A stretch of 64,000 nucleotides of DNA from Gracilinanus agilis (taxonomy: Eukaryota): NCBI RefSeq assembly GCF_016433145.1, contig NC_058130.1, positions 142,131,073-142,195,072 of the forward strand, read 5' to 3'. This document shows positions 36,104-50,940 of this stretch, one piece after another. A model generated the notes under the pieces. That model ran no database searches and was not told where the DNA came from. It was given only the letters and a program-made list of their open reading frames with translations. The first letter of the stretch is position 1. The number at the start of each line of letters is the position of its first letter. The position numbers and the translations under genes are program-made.

Positions 36104-38325
36104 TCATCTGTACTTCTCTGTCAGGATGGAGGTCACGATGGACAGGAACTTGTCCCAGGCAGCATGGGCTTCCGCAGTGAAGTCAGCAGGGAAGTGGGTG
36201 GCAATGGTAACCAGCAAAGTGTGAGATAGGAGCTGTCGAGATCAAGGTTGAAGAGAGGGAAAAATTTGGGGATGAGTGAGATGAAAACTTAAGTGAAGGT
36301 AAGAAGAGGACAAGACTATTGGGTAGGGGGAGAGGTAAAGAACTGAAGAGATAAAGGAGAAAGTCATTTTAGATATTGGAGAATAGAGGGATAGAGGATG
36401 AGACATAAGAGACAAGGGAGAGGAGCAGGTGAAATATTGAGTGTTTAGAAGAGAAAAAAAACATAAGACACTGAGGGGTAGGAGGACAGGAGGTGAGACA
36501 CTGGAGTATAGAAGAAAGAAGTGGGTAGAAAGAACACTGAGGGGTGGAGAAGGAAGAAGGATGAGACTTTAGAGAATAAGGAACATAGAATGAACCCCTA
36601 GTCAACTGGGTTCATGCATCTTGGGGAGATCAACTAGGATCCAGAATCCTAGCCGTGGTGGCAACCTTTGCTGCCCTCCTTGAGCTCATTTCCTCACCTT
36701 GAAGTTGACAGGATCTACTCTGAGGTTGTAGGCATGGAGTTCACTGAGCTTGGACAGGGCACTGCCAAGGTTGTCAATGTTCTTGACAGCGTCTCCAATA
36801 GCAGCAACCACCTTGGAGCCATGGGCATGCAGCTGGGCAGAGCCATGGCTCAGGTCAAAGTGGGGGAAATAAGTCTTGGTCTGGGGGAAGCTGAGGAAAA
36901 GCCTGGGAAAAAGAGAGGGAAAGTGTTAATTGGGTCTGAGGGAAGGGTGGAGAGATTGTGAGAAATGAGGATTCTAGTTCTTGGTCTACTATTTATTGTC
37001 ACCTTGGACAAGTCATTCCATTTCACTGACGTTCAATCAGTTTCCACATCTTTAAAATAGAAGTAACCAGAGTGGCACTATCTTCCTTATAAGTGTTTGC
37101 AAAGAAAATATTTCCAGGATTGTAAAGTGCTATCAGACATGGAACTCTGGAGCCCAGAATGTCAGAACTGGTTGAGATTTTTGGAATATAAAATAAAGAA
37201 TGTCAGATCTGGAAGAAACCTTAGAAGATAGAACTTAGAATGACAGAATCAGAAAATATCAGATATTTTATAAGAACTTTTAAAGTATTTTGAAGGTCTG
37301 ATAATCAAAGGCCTTAGGGCTATAGAGATTGTTAAGATTATTGCATAGCAACATATAACATTCATGACAATCATTTTGTTTCTGTTTTGTTTTTTAAAAC
37401 TTTATTTTCTGTCAGTATTAATACTAAGACAGAAAAGCAGCAAGGGCTAAGCAATTGTACATTTCATTTTTTTTTAAATCCTTACCTTCCATCTTGGAAT
37501 CAATACTGTGTATTGGCTCCAAGGCAGAAGAGTGGTAAGGACTAGGCAATGGGGGTTAAGTGACTTGCCCAGGGTCACACAGCTAGGAAGTGTCTGAAGT
37601 TAGATTTGAATCCAGTACCTCCCATCTCTGGGCCTGGCTCTCCATCCACTGAGCCACCCAGCTACCCACTACATTTCATTTTCAAAGCACTCTCCAGCTA
37701 TGGGCTCACCCTATGGTTTATAAAGAGATAATTTATAACAGAGAATTGATAGAGCTACTGGAGGGGACCTGAAAGACTCTTAACTCCGACGCCCCTCATT
37801 TTAAACTTAAAAAAAAACAGAACTAGGGAAGGTCAGAGGAAACTTGTCCAAGATCAGATTAATTGTTCCTTAGACTTTACCATCCTTATATCTAAGTCAG
37901 CCTGAGTCCCTAGAAGTGATCTCAGGCAGAGCTCAAAACACCCTCCTGGTTACTATTGCTGCCTCCTTCCTTGCAGACTTCAAGTCTTTACAAAGCTAAG
38001 TTATCTCCGTAGGATATAGCTCTGTGCCCTCCTTATTCTGGGCCATGGCTAGCCAGGCAAGGTGGCATTTTCTGAAATTTACAAAAAGAACCTGGGAAGG
38101 ACCTGAAGTATCCCCAGCAAAGTCCCTGTCCCTGGGCTCCTTAATGCTCCTCAGAATAGACCCCATCCCCAGATCCCAGGATGCAAGTGTAAAAGGATGT
38201 GATCCTGGACCGTCATGGGGTTGTTCTTACCTCTCCAAGGCCTCTGTGCCAATGCAATCAGCCTGGGTGGCGATCTTGGTCCAGATGCTGGCAATGAAAG
38301 TTTTGTCAGACTTGGTCAGAGACAT
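36104..38325 (-). CDS. HBZ: Zeta-globin, proximal copy (zeta-2/zeta'); exons 38231-38325, 36698-36902, 36104-36232
   Basis: Exons of 95/205/129 nt, GT-AG, intact: [142 protein letters not shown]; AATAAA at 35959-35964. Confidence 0.95.
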
Positions 38326-38413
38326 GGTGATTGTGTGGAGGATGAGCTCAAGTTATTCCTGTAGTGAATACTCAGGAAAAACCTTGGTGAGTTTCTACTC
38401 CCTGATGGTCCCC

Positions 38414-38509
38414 TTTTATAGGGCTAGGAACAGAGTTCAGATGGACAGCTGCTCATAACAATTGGCTAGTGAAGAGGGGGCCCCCCAAAGAGGTGGAGTC
38501 ATCTTATCT
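38414..38509 (-). promoter_or_regulatory. Zeta-2 promoter: TATAAAA (38414-38420), CCAAT (38461-38465), GATA site AGATAA (38504-38509)
   Basis: Canonical order and spacing; the GATA block is shared with the zeta-1 promoter. Confidence 0.8.
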
Positions 38510-40149
38510 CTCTTAGAGACAATGACTTGGTGGGCAAAAGGGCTGGGGGCTGAAGGACTGAGAACAGGGTGGGATTGGGTGCGGGGCAGTTAGGGTGTGG
38601 AAGAGAGGGGGCTATCTGGTTCTTCCATCTTCACAGAAGGGAGGCGTTGGCCATAAGCCTGAACACAAGGTCCTGGGGGGAGATATGGAGGCTGGAGGGG
38701 CCCAGGCCTCAGTGACCAGCGTCCACTAAGCTACAAGTCAAGAGACAGAGTTCTGGCTCTGTTGCTAATATTATTCAAGCCTAAGCAATTCCCTTCTCTT
38801 CTCTGAATCTCAGTTTACTCCTCTGTAAAATAAGGGTGAGCTAGACTTGGGAAGCATCACTGGAGTGGAAAGAGCATTAGATATGGAATGAGAAGGTTCA
38901 AGTACCAGCTCTACTATTTATTACTGGTGGTCCAATCCCTTTACTTCCTTGAGCCTCAGTGAGGAGATTGACCTATTCACTGATGATTTTTAAGGGTCTT
39001 TCAGTTCTAAATCCCATGACTCTAGAGGATTTCTAAGACACCCCCTTGAAGATTCACATTTTGTTAGTCCATGACATGTTATATGATGTTCGTACATGAG
39101 TTAGTCCATTAACAGTATATATCTGTACCAAAGGATGCCTTTGGGGGCTTTGGATATAGGAGAAAGGAGGATGAGGAGAAAGGAAAATGAAGAGGGAGGA
39201 GGTTCAACTCAAATTCTCCATCTCCTTCACAAAGCTCTTCCTGATAACCCCGGCACTCATTGGTACCCTCATTTAAACCCCTGTCCCTGAGCTTATGTAT
39301 TACTTGCACAGTTTATAACATATGTGAGTCTTGTCTTTCCAACCAGATTTTGAGCTCTCTGTTAGCAAGACATTTGTGGTATTTTCTTTATCTCTATTCA
39401 ATAGAGTATAGCCAAAGCATGAAGTTATAGTACAGCTTTAGTAAAGCCCCATAAATGGACTGATTAATGGATTGATGTTAAAAGAAGTAGAAACAGGGGA
39501 GGAGAGGAGAGAAAGAGAGAAAGCGTGGGGAGAGAAAAATGGAAAAAGATTTTTAAAGAGACAGAAAAGGACAAGGAAGATATAAAAAAGAAACAGGGCA
39601 AGAGGGAAAGGGAAAATAAATTTAAAACTTTCAACAATCTGGCTCCAACCTTCCTTTTCAATTTTATTTTATACCAATCCCCTTCAGCTTTCAATATTCT
39701 TTTTTTTTAAACCCTTAATTTTTTTGTGTATTGGCTCCTAGGTGGAAGAGTGGTATGGGTGGGCAATGGGGGTCAAGTGACTTGCCCAGGGTCACATAGC
39801 TGGGAAGTGTCTGAGGCTGGATTTGAACCTAGGACCTCCCTTCTCTAGGCCTGACTCTCAATCCACTGAGCTATCCAGCTGTCCCCAGCTTTCAATATTC
39901 TAACTAAACACATCTACTAACTGATCCCTAATCTCCTCCTGCCCTTTCCCATCTCTATGTGTTTGCTCAGGCAGACCTCCATTGCATAGAATATATTCTT
40001 GTTTCAATTCTACCTTTTGGAGTCCTTCTCTTTAAATGTTCACTATGAGTACTATCTCTTCTAAGAAGCCTTCCCTGAACTCTTTCACAGAATTGTGATA
40101 TTTCTATTCACATTTTCCTGGAGCATTTTTTTCCCTAGATCTCTCCTTT

Positions 40150-42060
40150 GCCCCTATTTCATTTATTTATTTATTTCTCCAGGTTGATCTTTATTTTATT
40201 TTTTAATAAATTTATGCATAAATTTTCCAAAATTCTATGATTTATGTTGTCTCCCTCCCTTTTTCCCTTCCTGCTGCTGGAGTTGACAAGCCATTCAATC
40301 TGGGTTATACATGTATTATCATACAAAACATTTCCACATTATTCATTTTTGTAAGTGGATAATCTTATAAAATCAAAACCCCAAATCATATACCCATACA
40401 AACAAGTGATAAATCATATGTTTTCATCTGCATTTTGACTCAATAGTTCTTTTTCTAGAGGTGGATAGCATTCTTTTCCTAAGTCCCTCAGAATTATCCT
40501 GAATCATTGTATTGCTATAAGTAGCAAAGTCTATTACATTTGATCATCCCACAATATTTCAGTTACTGTTTATAATGTTCTCTTGGTTCTGCTTATTTCA
40601 CTCTGTATCATTTCACATAGGACTTTCCAGCTCATTCTGAAATCATCCTATTCATCATTTCTTACAGCACAATAGTATTTCGTCATCATCATCTAGGCAA
40701 TTTTCAGCAATTCCCCAATTGAGGGACATTCTTTAGTTTCCAATTCTTTACCACCACATAAAACACAGCTATAAATATCTTTGTACAAACAGGTCCTTTC
40801 TCATTTTAAAAAATCTCTTTGGTATACAGACTTAATAGCGGTATTATTGGATCAAAAGGTATGCATTCTTTTATAACCCTTTGGCCATAATTCCAAATTG
40901 CCCTCCAGAATGTTCAAATCAATTCACAACTCTACCAGCAATGCATATAGTGTCCCAATTTTGCTACATTGTCTCCAACATTTATTATTTTCCTTACTGT
41001 CATATTGGCCAATCTGATAGGTGTACCTCAGAGTTGTTTTAATTTGCATTTCTCTAATCAGGAAGGATTTAGAATACTTTTTCATGTGATTATTGATAGT
41101 TTTGATTTCTTCATCTGAAAACTGCCTATTCATATCCTTTGACCATTTACCAATTGGAGAATACCTTAGATTTTTATAAATTTGACTTAGTTTTTTTATA
41201 TATTTGGGAAATTATACCTTTATCAGAGAAATTTGTTATAAAATTTTTCTCCAGTTTCTTGTTTTCCTTCTAATCTTAGTTGAATTGGTTTTGTTTGTAC
41301 AAAAAAACCTTTTAATTTAATTTAATTAAAATTATTCACTTCACATCTTGTAGTCTTCGCTCTCCTTTGGTCATAAATTCTTCCCTTCTCCATAGACCTG
41401 ACAAGTAAACTATTCTATGTTCCCTTAATTTACTTATAATGCCACTCTTTATGTTTTAATCATATACTCGTTTTGACCATATCTTGATATAGGATGTGAG
41501 ATACTGATCTAAACCTAATTTTTGCCATAATGTTCTCCAGTTTTCTGGGATCTTTGGGCTTATCAAACATTAAATTGCTGAGGTCATTTACCCTAGTCTA
41601 TTCCATTAATCCACCCTTCTATTTCTATTTCTAAGCCAATACCAGATTGTTTTGATGATTACTGCAGTTTAAGATCTGGTATTGCTAGCCCACCATCCTT
41701 CATATTTTTTTTTCATTAATTCTCTTAATATTCTTGACCTTTTGGATGATTTTTTCTAGTTTCATAAAATAGTTTTTTTGATAGTTTGACAGGTATGGCA
41801 CTGAATAAGTAAATTAATTTAGATAGGATTGCCTTTTTTATTATATTAGCTCAGCCTGCTCCTGAGCAATTAATATTTTTCTAGTTGTTTAGATTTAATT
41901 TTATATGTGTGAAAAGTGTTTTGTAATTGTATTCATATAATTCCTACATTTGTTTTGGCAAATATATTCCCAAGTATTTTATATTGTTTAGAGTGATTTT
42001 AAATGGAGTTTCTCTTCCTAACTCTTGCTGCTAAGTTTTGTTGGAAATATATAGAAATGC
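40150..42060 (-). mobile_element. L1 LINE, 3' part (ORF2 C-terminal region and 3' UTR)
   Basis: ORF 40924-41133 (MNRQFSDEEIKTINNHMKKYSKSFLIREMQIKTTLRY) is L1 ORF2 C-terminal sequence. Confidence 0.9.
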
Positions 42061-43449
42061 TGATGATTTATGTAGGTTTGTTTCTTTGCCCCTATTTCAT
42101 TCTATCTTCTGTAATATTTTTTGTGTGAATGTTGTATGATTACATTCCCTGATATATTGTAAGCTCATTAAGGACAGAGGCTATTATTTTTATATTTGTA
42201 ATACTCTTAGTGCCTAGTACATAGAAATAAGTAATATTTTTTTAATTGAAAAGAGAGAGGGTGGATGGGGAGAAAAGGAAGAAGTAGATGATAATGAAAA
42301 GGTAGAAGAGGAGGAGAAGGAGGGAGATAGAGAAAAGTCATAAAGAGAGAAGAAATGAAAGAGAAAGAGAGAAAGAAGAGACCAAAAAAGATAACATGAA
42401 TAGAATGAGGAGAAAATGAGAATAGGAAAGGTGAGAGAGAAAGAGAGAAAAAAGGGAGAAAGAAGAGATAAAGGAAGAGAGAAGGAATAGAGTGGAAGAG
42501 AAGGATGAGAAGGAAAATAAAGGAGATGAGGGAAAGGGAGACAGAGAGCAAAGGAGAGAAAAGAGAAAAGGGCATGTCTGCTTTGGGACCTAAGAGAACT
42601 GTTCTCTATGCTAGACGTGGGTTCTTTATCTGACTCTTGTTCAGTTATCAACTCAGAGTCCTGTTTGCCTGTGTTTGAAATTCAGTGGGAGAAAGGTTGG
42701 ACATGAACATAGAAATTTTGGGTAGGTTTGGTTAGAGCCCATGAAGCTGAATGAACAAACAAATGAATGAAAAAAACATTTATTAAGTGTTTACTATGTG
42801 CCAAATTTGGTGCTAAGCATTAGGGATACAAATATAGCAAAGGTAGTACTTGACCTTAATAAATTATATACTTTTTATTTTAGATAATATTTTACTTTCC
42901 CTCAATTACATGTAAAGACAATTTTTAACATTTGCTTTCTAAAGTTTTGAGTTCCAAATTCTCTCCTTCCTTACCCCAATTTGAGGTAGCAAGTAACTTG
43001 ATCTAGGTTATACATGTATGATCATGCAAAATATATTTCCATATTAATCATGTATAAGAAGACATATGTAATTTTAAAAGCTCATAAAGATAATAAAGTG
43101 AAAAACAGTATACTTCAATCTGCATTTAGGCTCCATCAGTTCTTTCTCTGAAGGTGCCTAGCATTTTTCCTCATGACTCCTTTGGAATTGTCTTGGATCA
43201 TCGTATTGCTGAGAGTAGCTACAGTTGATCATTATACAATATAGATGTTAGGGGGAGCTGGGTAGCTCAGTGGATTGAGAGTCAGGCTTAGAGATGGGAG
43301 GTCCTAGGTTCAAATCTGGCCTCAGACACTTCCCAGCTGTGTGACCCTGGGCAAGTCACTTGACCCCCATTGCCCACCCTTACCACTCTTCCACCTAGGA
43401 GCCAATGCACAGAAGTTAAGGGTTTAAAAAAACAAACAAACAAACAAAA

Positions 43450-46400
43450 ACAATGTAGATGTTACTGTGTACAATATTCTCCTGGTTCTGTTCATTTCTT
43501 TTTTAAAAAATTAATTTATTTATTTAGAATATTTTTCCATTTTTCCATGATTTATGATTTTTCCTTCCCCTCTTTCCTCTCCCTCTCCCAGAACTGACAA
43601 GCAATTCCACTGGGTTATACATGTATCATTGTTCAAAACCTATTTCCACGTTATTCATATTTGCAGTAGAATGATCTTTAAACATCAAAATCCCAATCAT
43701 ATCCCCATTGAACCATGATCAGTCCTATGTTTTTCTTCTGCATTTCTTCTTCCACAGTTCTTTCTCTGGATATGGATAGCGTTCTTTCTCATAAGTCCCC
43801 CGGATTGTCCTGGATCATTGCATTGCTATCAGTAGCAAAATCTATTATGTATGATCATCCCACAATGTTTCAGTCTTTGTGTATGATGCTCATTTCATTC
43901 TGTATCACTTTATGGAGATCTTTCTAGTTCACATGGAATTCCTCCAGTTCATCATTCCTTTCAGCACAATAGTATGCCATCACCATCAGATACCACGATT
44001 TATTCAGCCATTCCCCAATCAATGGATACTCCCCTCATTTTCCAGTTTTTTGCCACTATAAAAAGTGTGACTATAAATATTTTTGTACAAACATTGCCTT
44101 GGATCATTGCATTGCTGTTAGTAGAGAAGTCCATTCCATTCGATTGTGCCACAAGGTATCACTCTCTGTGTACAATGTTCTCCTGGTTCTGCTCTTTTTG
44201 CTCTGCATCAATTCCTAGAGGTCTTTCCAGTTCACATGGAATTCCTCCAGTTCATTATTCTTTTCAGCACAATAATATTCCATCACCATCAGAGACCACA
44301 ATTTGTTCAGCCATTCCTCAATCGAAGAGCATCCCCTCATTTTCCATTTTTTTTGCCACCACAAAGAGTGTGGTTATATTTTTGTACAAGTCTTTCCTTA
44401 TTGTCTCTTTGGAGTACAAACCCAGTAGTGGTATGACTGGATCAAAGGGCAGGCAGTCTTTTAAAACCCTTTGCGGGGGGGCAGCTGGGTAGCTCAGTGG
44501 ATTGAGAGTCAGGCCTAGAGATGGGAGGTCCTAGGTTCAAATCTGGCCTCAGACACTTCCTTAGCTGTGTGACCCTGGGCAAGTCACTTGACCGCCATTG
44601 CCTCTTCTGCCTGTACTCCAAGACAGAAGGTAAGGGTTTAAAAAAAAAACAAAAACCCTTAGGGCATAGTTCCAAATTGCCATCCAGAATGGTTGGATCA
44701 ATTTACAACTCCAACAGCAATGTATTAGTGTCCCAATTTTGTCACATCCCCTCCAACATTTATTACTTTCCTTTGCTGTCATACTAGCCAACCTGCTAGG
44801 TGTAAGGTGGTACCTCAGAGTTGTTTTGATTTGCATTTCAGTAATCAGAAGGGATATAGAACACTTTTTCATGTGTTTATTGATAATTTTGATTTCTTTA
44901 TCTGAAAATTGCCTATTCATGTCCCTTACCCATTTATCAATTGGGGAATGGCTTGCTTTTTTTGTACAATTGATTTAGCTCCTTATAAATTTGAGTAACC
45001 TTTGTCGGAGGTTTTTGTTATGAATATTTTTTCCCAATTTGTTGCTTCCCTTCTAATTTTGGTTGCATTGGTTTTGTTTGTACAAAACCTTTTTAATTTA
45101 ATGTAATCAAAAGTATTCATTTTACATTTTGTAATCTCTATCTCTTGTTTGGTCTTAAATTCTTTCCTTTCCCATAGATCTGATAAGTATACTATTCTAT
45201 GTTTACCTAATTTATTTATAGTTTCCTTCTTTATATTTAAGTCATTCACTCATTCTGAATTTATCTTGGTGTAGGACATGAGATGTTGATCTAAACCTAA
45301 TCTCTCCTATGCGGTTTCCCAATTTTCCCAGAGTTTTTGTCAAATAATGTGTTCTTGGCCCAAAAGCTGGGATCTTTGGATTTATTGTATATTATCTGGC
45401 TGAGGACATTTACCCCAACTCTATTCCATTGATCTTCCCTTCTGTCTCTTAGCCAGTACCATATTGTTTTGATGACCACTGCTTTATAGTATAGTTTAAG
45501 ATCCAGTTCTGCTCCATTATTGTTTCTAATACAATATTAAATAATAAAGGTGTTAATGGGCATCCTTGCTTCACTCCTGATCTTATTGGGAAAGCTTCTA
45601 ACTTGTCCCCATTGCAGATGATACTTGCTGATGGTTTTTAATATATATTGTTTATTATTCTGAGTAAGGACCCAGCTATTCCTATACCTTCTAGTGTTTT
45701 CAATAGGAATGGGTGTTGTATTTTGTCAAAGACTTTTTCTGTATCTATTGAGATAATCATGTGATTTCTGTTGGTTTGGTTATTGATATGGTCAATTATG
45801 TGGATGGTTTTCATAATATTAAACCATCTTTGCATTCTTGACATAAATCCTGCCTGATCATAGTGAATAATTCTTGTGATAACTTGCTGTAGTCTTTTTG
45901 CTAGTATTTTTTTAAAAGATTTTTGCATATATGTTCATTGAAGAGATTGGCCTATAATTTTCTTTCTCTGGTTTTGGTCTACTTGATTTTGGAATCATTA
46001 CCATATTTGTGTCATAAAAAGAATTTAGTAAGACTCCTTTGCTTATTTTGTCAAATAGTTTGTATAGTATTGGGATTAGTTGTTCTTTAAAAGTTTGATA
46101 GAATTCACTTGTAAATCCATCAGGCTCTGGGGATTTTTTCTTAGGGAGTTCCTTGATGACTTGTTCAATTTCTTTTTCTGAGATGGGATTATTTAAGCAC
46201 TCTATTTCCTCTTTTGTTAATCTAGGCAATTTATATTTTTGTAAATATTCACCCATTTCACTTAGATTGTCATATTTATTGCCATGTAATTGGGCAAATA
46301 GTGTTTTTTTTTAAACCCTTGTACTTTGGTGTATTGTCTCATAGGTGGAAGAGTGGTAAGGGTGGGCAATGGGGGTCAAGTGACTTGCCCAGGGTCACAC

Positions 46401-46599
46401 AGCTGGGAAGTGGCTGAGGCCGGGTTTGAACCTAGGACCTCTTGTCTCTAGGCCTGACTCTCACTCCACTGAGTTACCCAGCTGCCCCTGGGCAAATAGT
46501 TTTTAATAATTACCTTAATTTCCTCTTCATTGGAGGTGAGATCATCCTTTTCATTTTTGATACTGTTAATTTGATTCTCTTTTCTTTCTTTCTTTCTTC

Positions 46600-46653
<54 letters not shown>

Positions 46654-46860
46654 CCTTTTATTAGATTAAGCAGTACTTTGTCTATTTTATTTGTTTTTTT
46701 CAAAGTAATAGCTCCTGGTCTTATTTATTAGTTCAATAGTTTTTTTTTTTTACTTTTAATTTTATTAATTTCTCCTTTGATATTTTGGATTTCCAATTTA
46801 GGAAATTTTTTTTATCTGGGAATTTTTTAATTTGTTCTTTTTCTAGCTTTTTAAATTGCA
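43450..46860 (-). mobile_element. L1 LINE (ORF2 RT to 3' UTR) with nested SINEs and a doubled 3' UTR segment
   Basis: ORFs 45638-45928 (KILAKRLQQVITRIIHYDQAGF...WFNI...HMIISIDTEKVFDKIQHPF) and 45912-46256 ([16 protein letters not shown]-like) are L1 RT. A SINE at 46304-46488 is flanked by the TSD tgggcaaatagt (46291-46302 / 46489-46500). Confidence 0.95.
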
Positions 46861-49122
46861 TGCCCAATTCATTAATCTCCTCCCTCTCTTTATGTGATAT
46901 ATTTTACCCCCATTTTACCTCTTTTCCTATTTCTCTTAGTATTATCCTCTTTTTTTACCCCTTTTTAAAAATATTTTTGACATATTATCTTAAATAGTTC
47001 ACCACTGCACTCTCTATGTATACTTCTAGCTACTATGATAATGATAACATTTTTTTTAAACCCTTACCTTCCATCTTGGAGTCAATGCTGTGTATTGGCT
47101 CCAAGGCAGAAGAATGGTAAGGGCTAGGCAATGGTGGTCAAGTGACTTGCCCAGGGTCACACAGCTGGGAAGTGAATGAGGCCAAATTTGAACCTATGAC
47201 CTCCTGTCTCTAGGCTTGACTCCCAATCCACTGAGCAGCCCAGCTGCCCCCATTAGATTGTCATATTTATTGCCATGTAATTGGGCAATGATAACATTTT
47301 TTAATAGTTACAGATATCAAGTTTACATACCTTATTGAAGCCCTTAATTTTTTTTTATCTTTCTTATTTACCTTTTTATGTTTCTCTTGAATTCTGTATT
47401 TGGGCACCAACATTTTTGTTTAGGTCTGTTTTTTTTTTTCCAGGAATGCTTAGTAATCTTCTATTTTATCAAATGACCATACTTTCTCGTGAAAGAATAC
47501 AGTCAGTTTTGCTGGGTAGTTGATTCTTGGTTATAGACCCAGTTCCCTTGCCTTCCAAAATATCTGGTTCTACTCATTTCACTTTGTATGAGTTTATGTA
47601 AGTCTTCCCAGGTGTTTCTGAAATTGCTTTGCTTATCATTTCTTATAGCACACACCAGTATTCCATCACCATAATACACAACAATTTGTTCAGCCATTCC
47701 CCAATTGATGGGCATCCCCTCAGTTTCCAATTCTTTGCCTCCACAAAAAGAGCTGTTTTAAATATTTTTGCACAAATAGGTCCTTTCCCATTTAAAAAAA
47801 TTTTTTTTGGATTCAGACCCAGCAGTGACATTGCTGGTTCAAAGAGCATATATTCTAATGTCAGAAATGACACACAGAGAAGAATGATAACTAGGGAATG
47901 GAACTTGCATTAGAAAGTTACTGGGATGGTAAATGGGGCTATAGGGAACTACATTGACATGCCCTATCCAGAAACAACATAGTTGATTTGATGGGGGAGG
48001 ACATTTGGTAAGGAATTATGGAGGGAAGTGCCCAGAGAGAAGACTATGAAGAGAAGCAGAGCTTGAGGATTCTTGAAATAACATTTCAAGAGAGTTATTC
48101 AATAATCAGGAGGGGAAGAAGGAACTGGGGTGGAAATTCTTCCAGAACGTGGCCTCTGGTATAGGCAAGTGAAGTGAAAAATGTGGCTCAAGAGCCTGAA
48201 GAGAATGAGGGTAGGGAAAGAGTGTTGGGAGGTCTTGTGGATATAAATGTACAACTGGTTTCTATAATATGCCTACTTCTCCCTGGAGCCAAGGATGTTC
48301 AGTTGTTTCAGTCTGATCTCTTATGACCCCATTTGGAGTTTTCTTGGTAAAGATTCTGGAGTAGTTTACCAATTCATTCTCTAGCTCATTTTACAGATAA
48401 GTAAACTGAGGCAAATGGAGTTAAATGACTGAGGGTCACCCAGCTAGTAAGCTTCTGAGGCTGGATTTGAACTCAGGTCTTTAGGACTTCAGGTCTGGTT
48501 CTCTATCCACTGTGTCACCTAGCTTTCTGTGGTCAAGGAGCTACACTGTGTTATAGAGCCATGTGTCTAAGGGGCCACACTCTTCCATATTTCCCTATAT
48601 GTGTAGCAATGGCTTGAGCCTATGACAGGGCTTCAGGAAAGATGGGCTGAATGAATCTGCTCTGTCAACTAGAGCTTTACCCTGAGCCTTGGACCTCTCT
48701 TGGCACTGGGATGGTGTTGAGGATGGTATCTTTTCCCAGGGCTCCCAGGTAGGAGGCATAACAGTGGAAAGGAAGGAGACAATTTGGATCTTATAATTTT
48801 GGAAAATGTATATTGAAAATTGTTATTACATGTAATTGGGAAAATGAAATATTTTTATATTTTAAAAAAATGTTTGTTATTCTGGCCATCCCCTTCCCAT
48901 TTATTTATTGGATCTATGCCAAGGGCCATAGAAGTGAAGATCATAATAACCAAGAGTAATAACCAGGGAAACAAAAGATGTAGTTTATCCATTTATTTGA
49001 AGGTTTTAGAGGACAGGTCTGTAGGGAAGAAGACACCAGGAGGGAAGGGTGTCTGGACCAGGGTAGGAGGTTGGTGACCATATTGCTCCCAATGTCCTCT
49101 CAGGACTCTAGGTCCAGGGGGC

Positions 49123-50757
49123 TCATCTGTACTTCTCAGTCAGGACTGAAGCCACGATGGACAGGAATTTGTCCCAGGCAGCATGGGCTTCAGCGGTGAA
49201 GTCAGCTGGGAATCGAGCAGCCACAGTGACCAGGAAGGTGTGAGATAGGAACTGCCAGGGAAGAGAAGAAGGTGAGACAATAGGACTGGAATTAGTGAGG
49301 GAGCTGAAACTTTGGGAGAGCAAAGGACAACATATCAGGGGATGGAATGAGAAATACATATTATTTGGGGAGAGGAAGGATGAGACATGAGGGGAATAAG
49401 AAATTGGGGAAGTACCCCAAGGGACAGGGCCCCTACTCCTTGAGGATATCAAACTCCACTGCCCTTCCCAATCCCAAATCCTCACCTTGAAGTTCACAGG
49501 GTCCACTCTTAGGATGTAGGCATGGAGTTCGCTGAGCTTGGACAGGGCACTTGAAATGTTGTCAATGTGCTTGACAGCATCTCCAATAGCACTGACCACC
49601 TTGGAGCCATGGGCATGCAGCTGGGCTGAGCCAGAGTGCAGATCAAAGTGGGGAAAGTAGGTCTTGGTCTGGGGGTAGCTGGTGAAGAGCCTGGGAGAAG
49701 AAAGGAAAGAGTCTTAGCTAAGTCTGGCAGAAGGGTGTTGAGGCTGCAGAGGACACCCCACCCCTCCAAGTGGGTCCATGTTCTCCATCCTGCTCAGCTC
49801 TTCATTGTGCACCCAGAAGAGCTGTGGTCAGGATGGGGAAATGCAAAGCTCAGCCCAATTATAGGTACAAGCAGGTTCCACTGGAGCAGGGGCCAAATAC
49901 CTTCTTATGGACTGGGTAAAAAATAGGTTATTGCTTTATTCAATTTCTTTTGGTAACCTCTTCAAATAACATCACCACTGACCAACTCTTCTCCCCTCCC
50001 ATCCCATCTCCTTCCCTTCTAATTTTTCCCTTTTCTTTGCTTCCTTATTTTCTGCCTAATCTTCTCTCTGCCTCCTTTAAAAAAAATTACTTTCTTTTCT
50101 TTGTCCCTTTCTCTTTGCTATCCCCACTTTCTCCGCTCGGACAGATTAATTTCCAGGGCTGAGTCCAGTCTTGGATCTTGTTCCTCCATTCTGTCAGTAC
50201 TTCTTTAGACTCCCCCCCCCCCCATTTTTCTTTGCTGATGATCCTCCTCTCACTCCCCCTCACTATCCCCCAATCCACATCCCTTGCACCACCACCCCCA
50301 GTCCCTGGTGCCATTTGTTTGTAGTATCAAAAGGTGGAAGAACCTTCAGAGGCAATTTAGTCCAATCCACAACCTTAGGGGTATAGATAGGGAACTCATC
50401 TTAGTCTATAACTTTCTTAAAATCACTTGGTTTCAGTTTTCCCATTTATGGAAAAATCACAGATAATGTGCCACTAATCTTAACCTTATACTAAACCCTG
50501 GAAAGGACAGTGCTCTTCTAACTTCAGCCTTGCCCAAAGGCAAATAGGAGTAGACTTACTGCCTGGAATTCCCTGCTAGTTGGAAGGCTAAGAAACCCAA
50601 ATCCCTGATGTTATTATAAATGTGACAGGTATGGGGTCCCTAACCCTGGGGTCCCCTCTTACCGTTCCAAGGCCTCAGTACCAATGGAGTCAGCCTGAGT
50701 GGCGATCTTGTTCCAGATGGTGAGGATGATGGCCTTGTCGCTCTTGGTCAGAGACAT
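49123..50757 (-). CDS. HBZ: Zeta-globin, distal copy (zeta-1); exons 50663-50757, 49486-49690, 49123-49251
   Basis: Exons of 95/205/129 nt, GT-AG, intact: [142 protein letters not shown]; AATAAA at 48992-48997. Confidence 0.95.
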
Positions 50758-50841
50758 GGTGGCTGGGTTTGGGTTGAGCTTGAGTTCTTGCAGTAGAAAC
50801 TCAGGACAAAACTGGGTGATGATCTGTTCTTCAGGGACCCA

Positions 50842-50940
50842 TTATATAGGACTATGGCCAGAACAGGGCTACACAGCTGCCCCTAGCCATTGGCTAGAAA
50901 GGGTAGGGGGACAGCCCAAAGAGGTGGGGTCATCTTATCT
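50842..50940 (-). promoter_or_regulatory. Zeta-1 promoter: TATATAA (50842-50848), CCAAT (50889-50893), GATA site AGATAA (50935-50940)
   Basis: Canonical order and spacing; homologous to the zeta-2 promoter. Confidence 0.8.
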
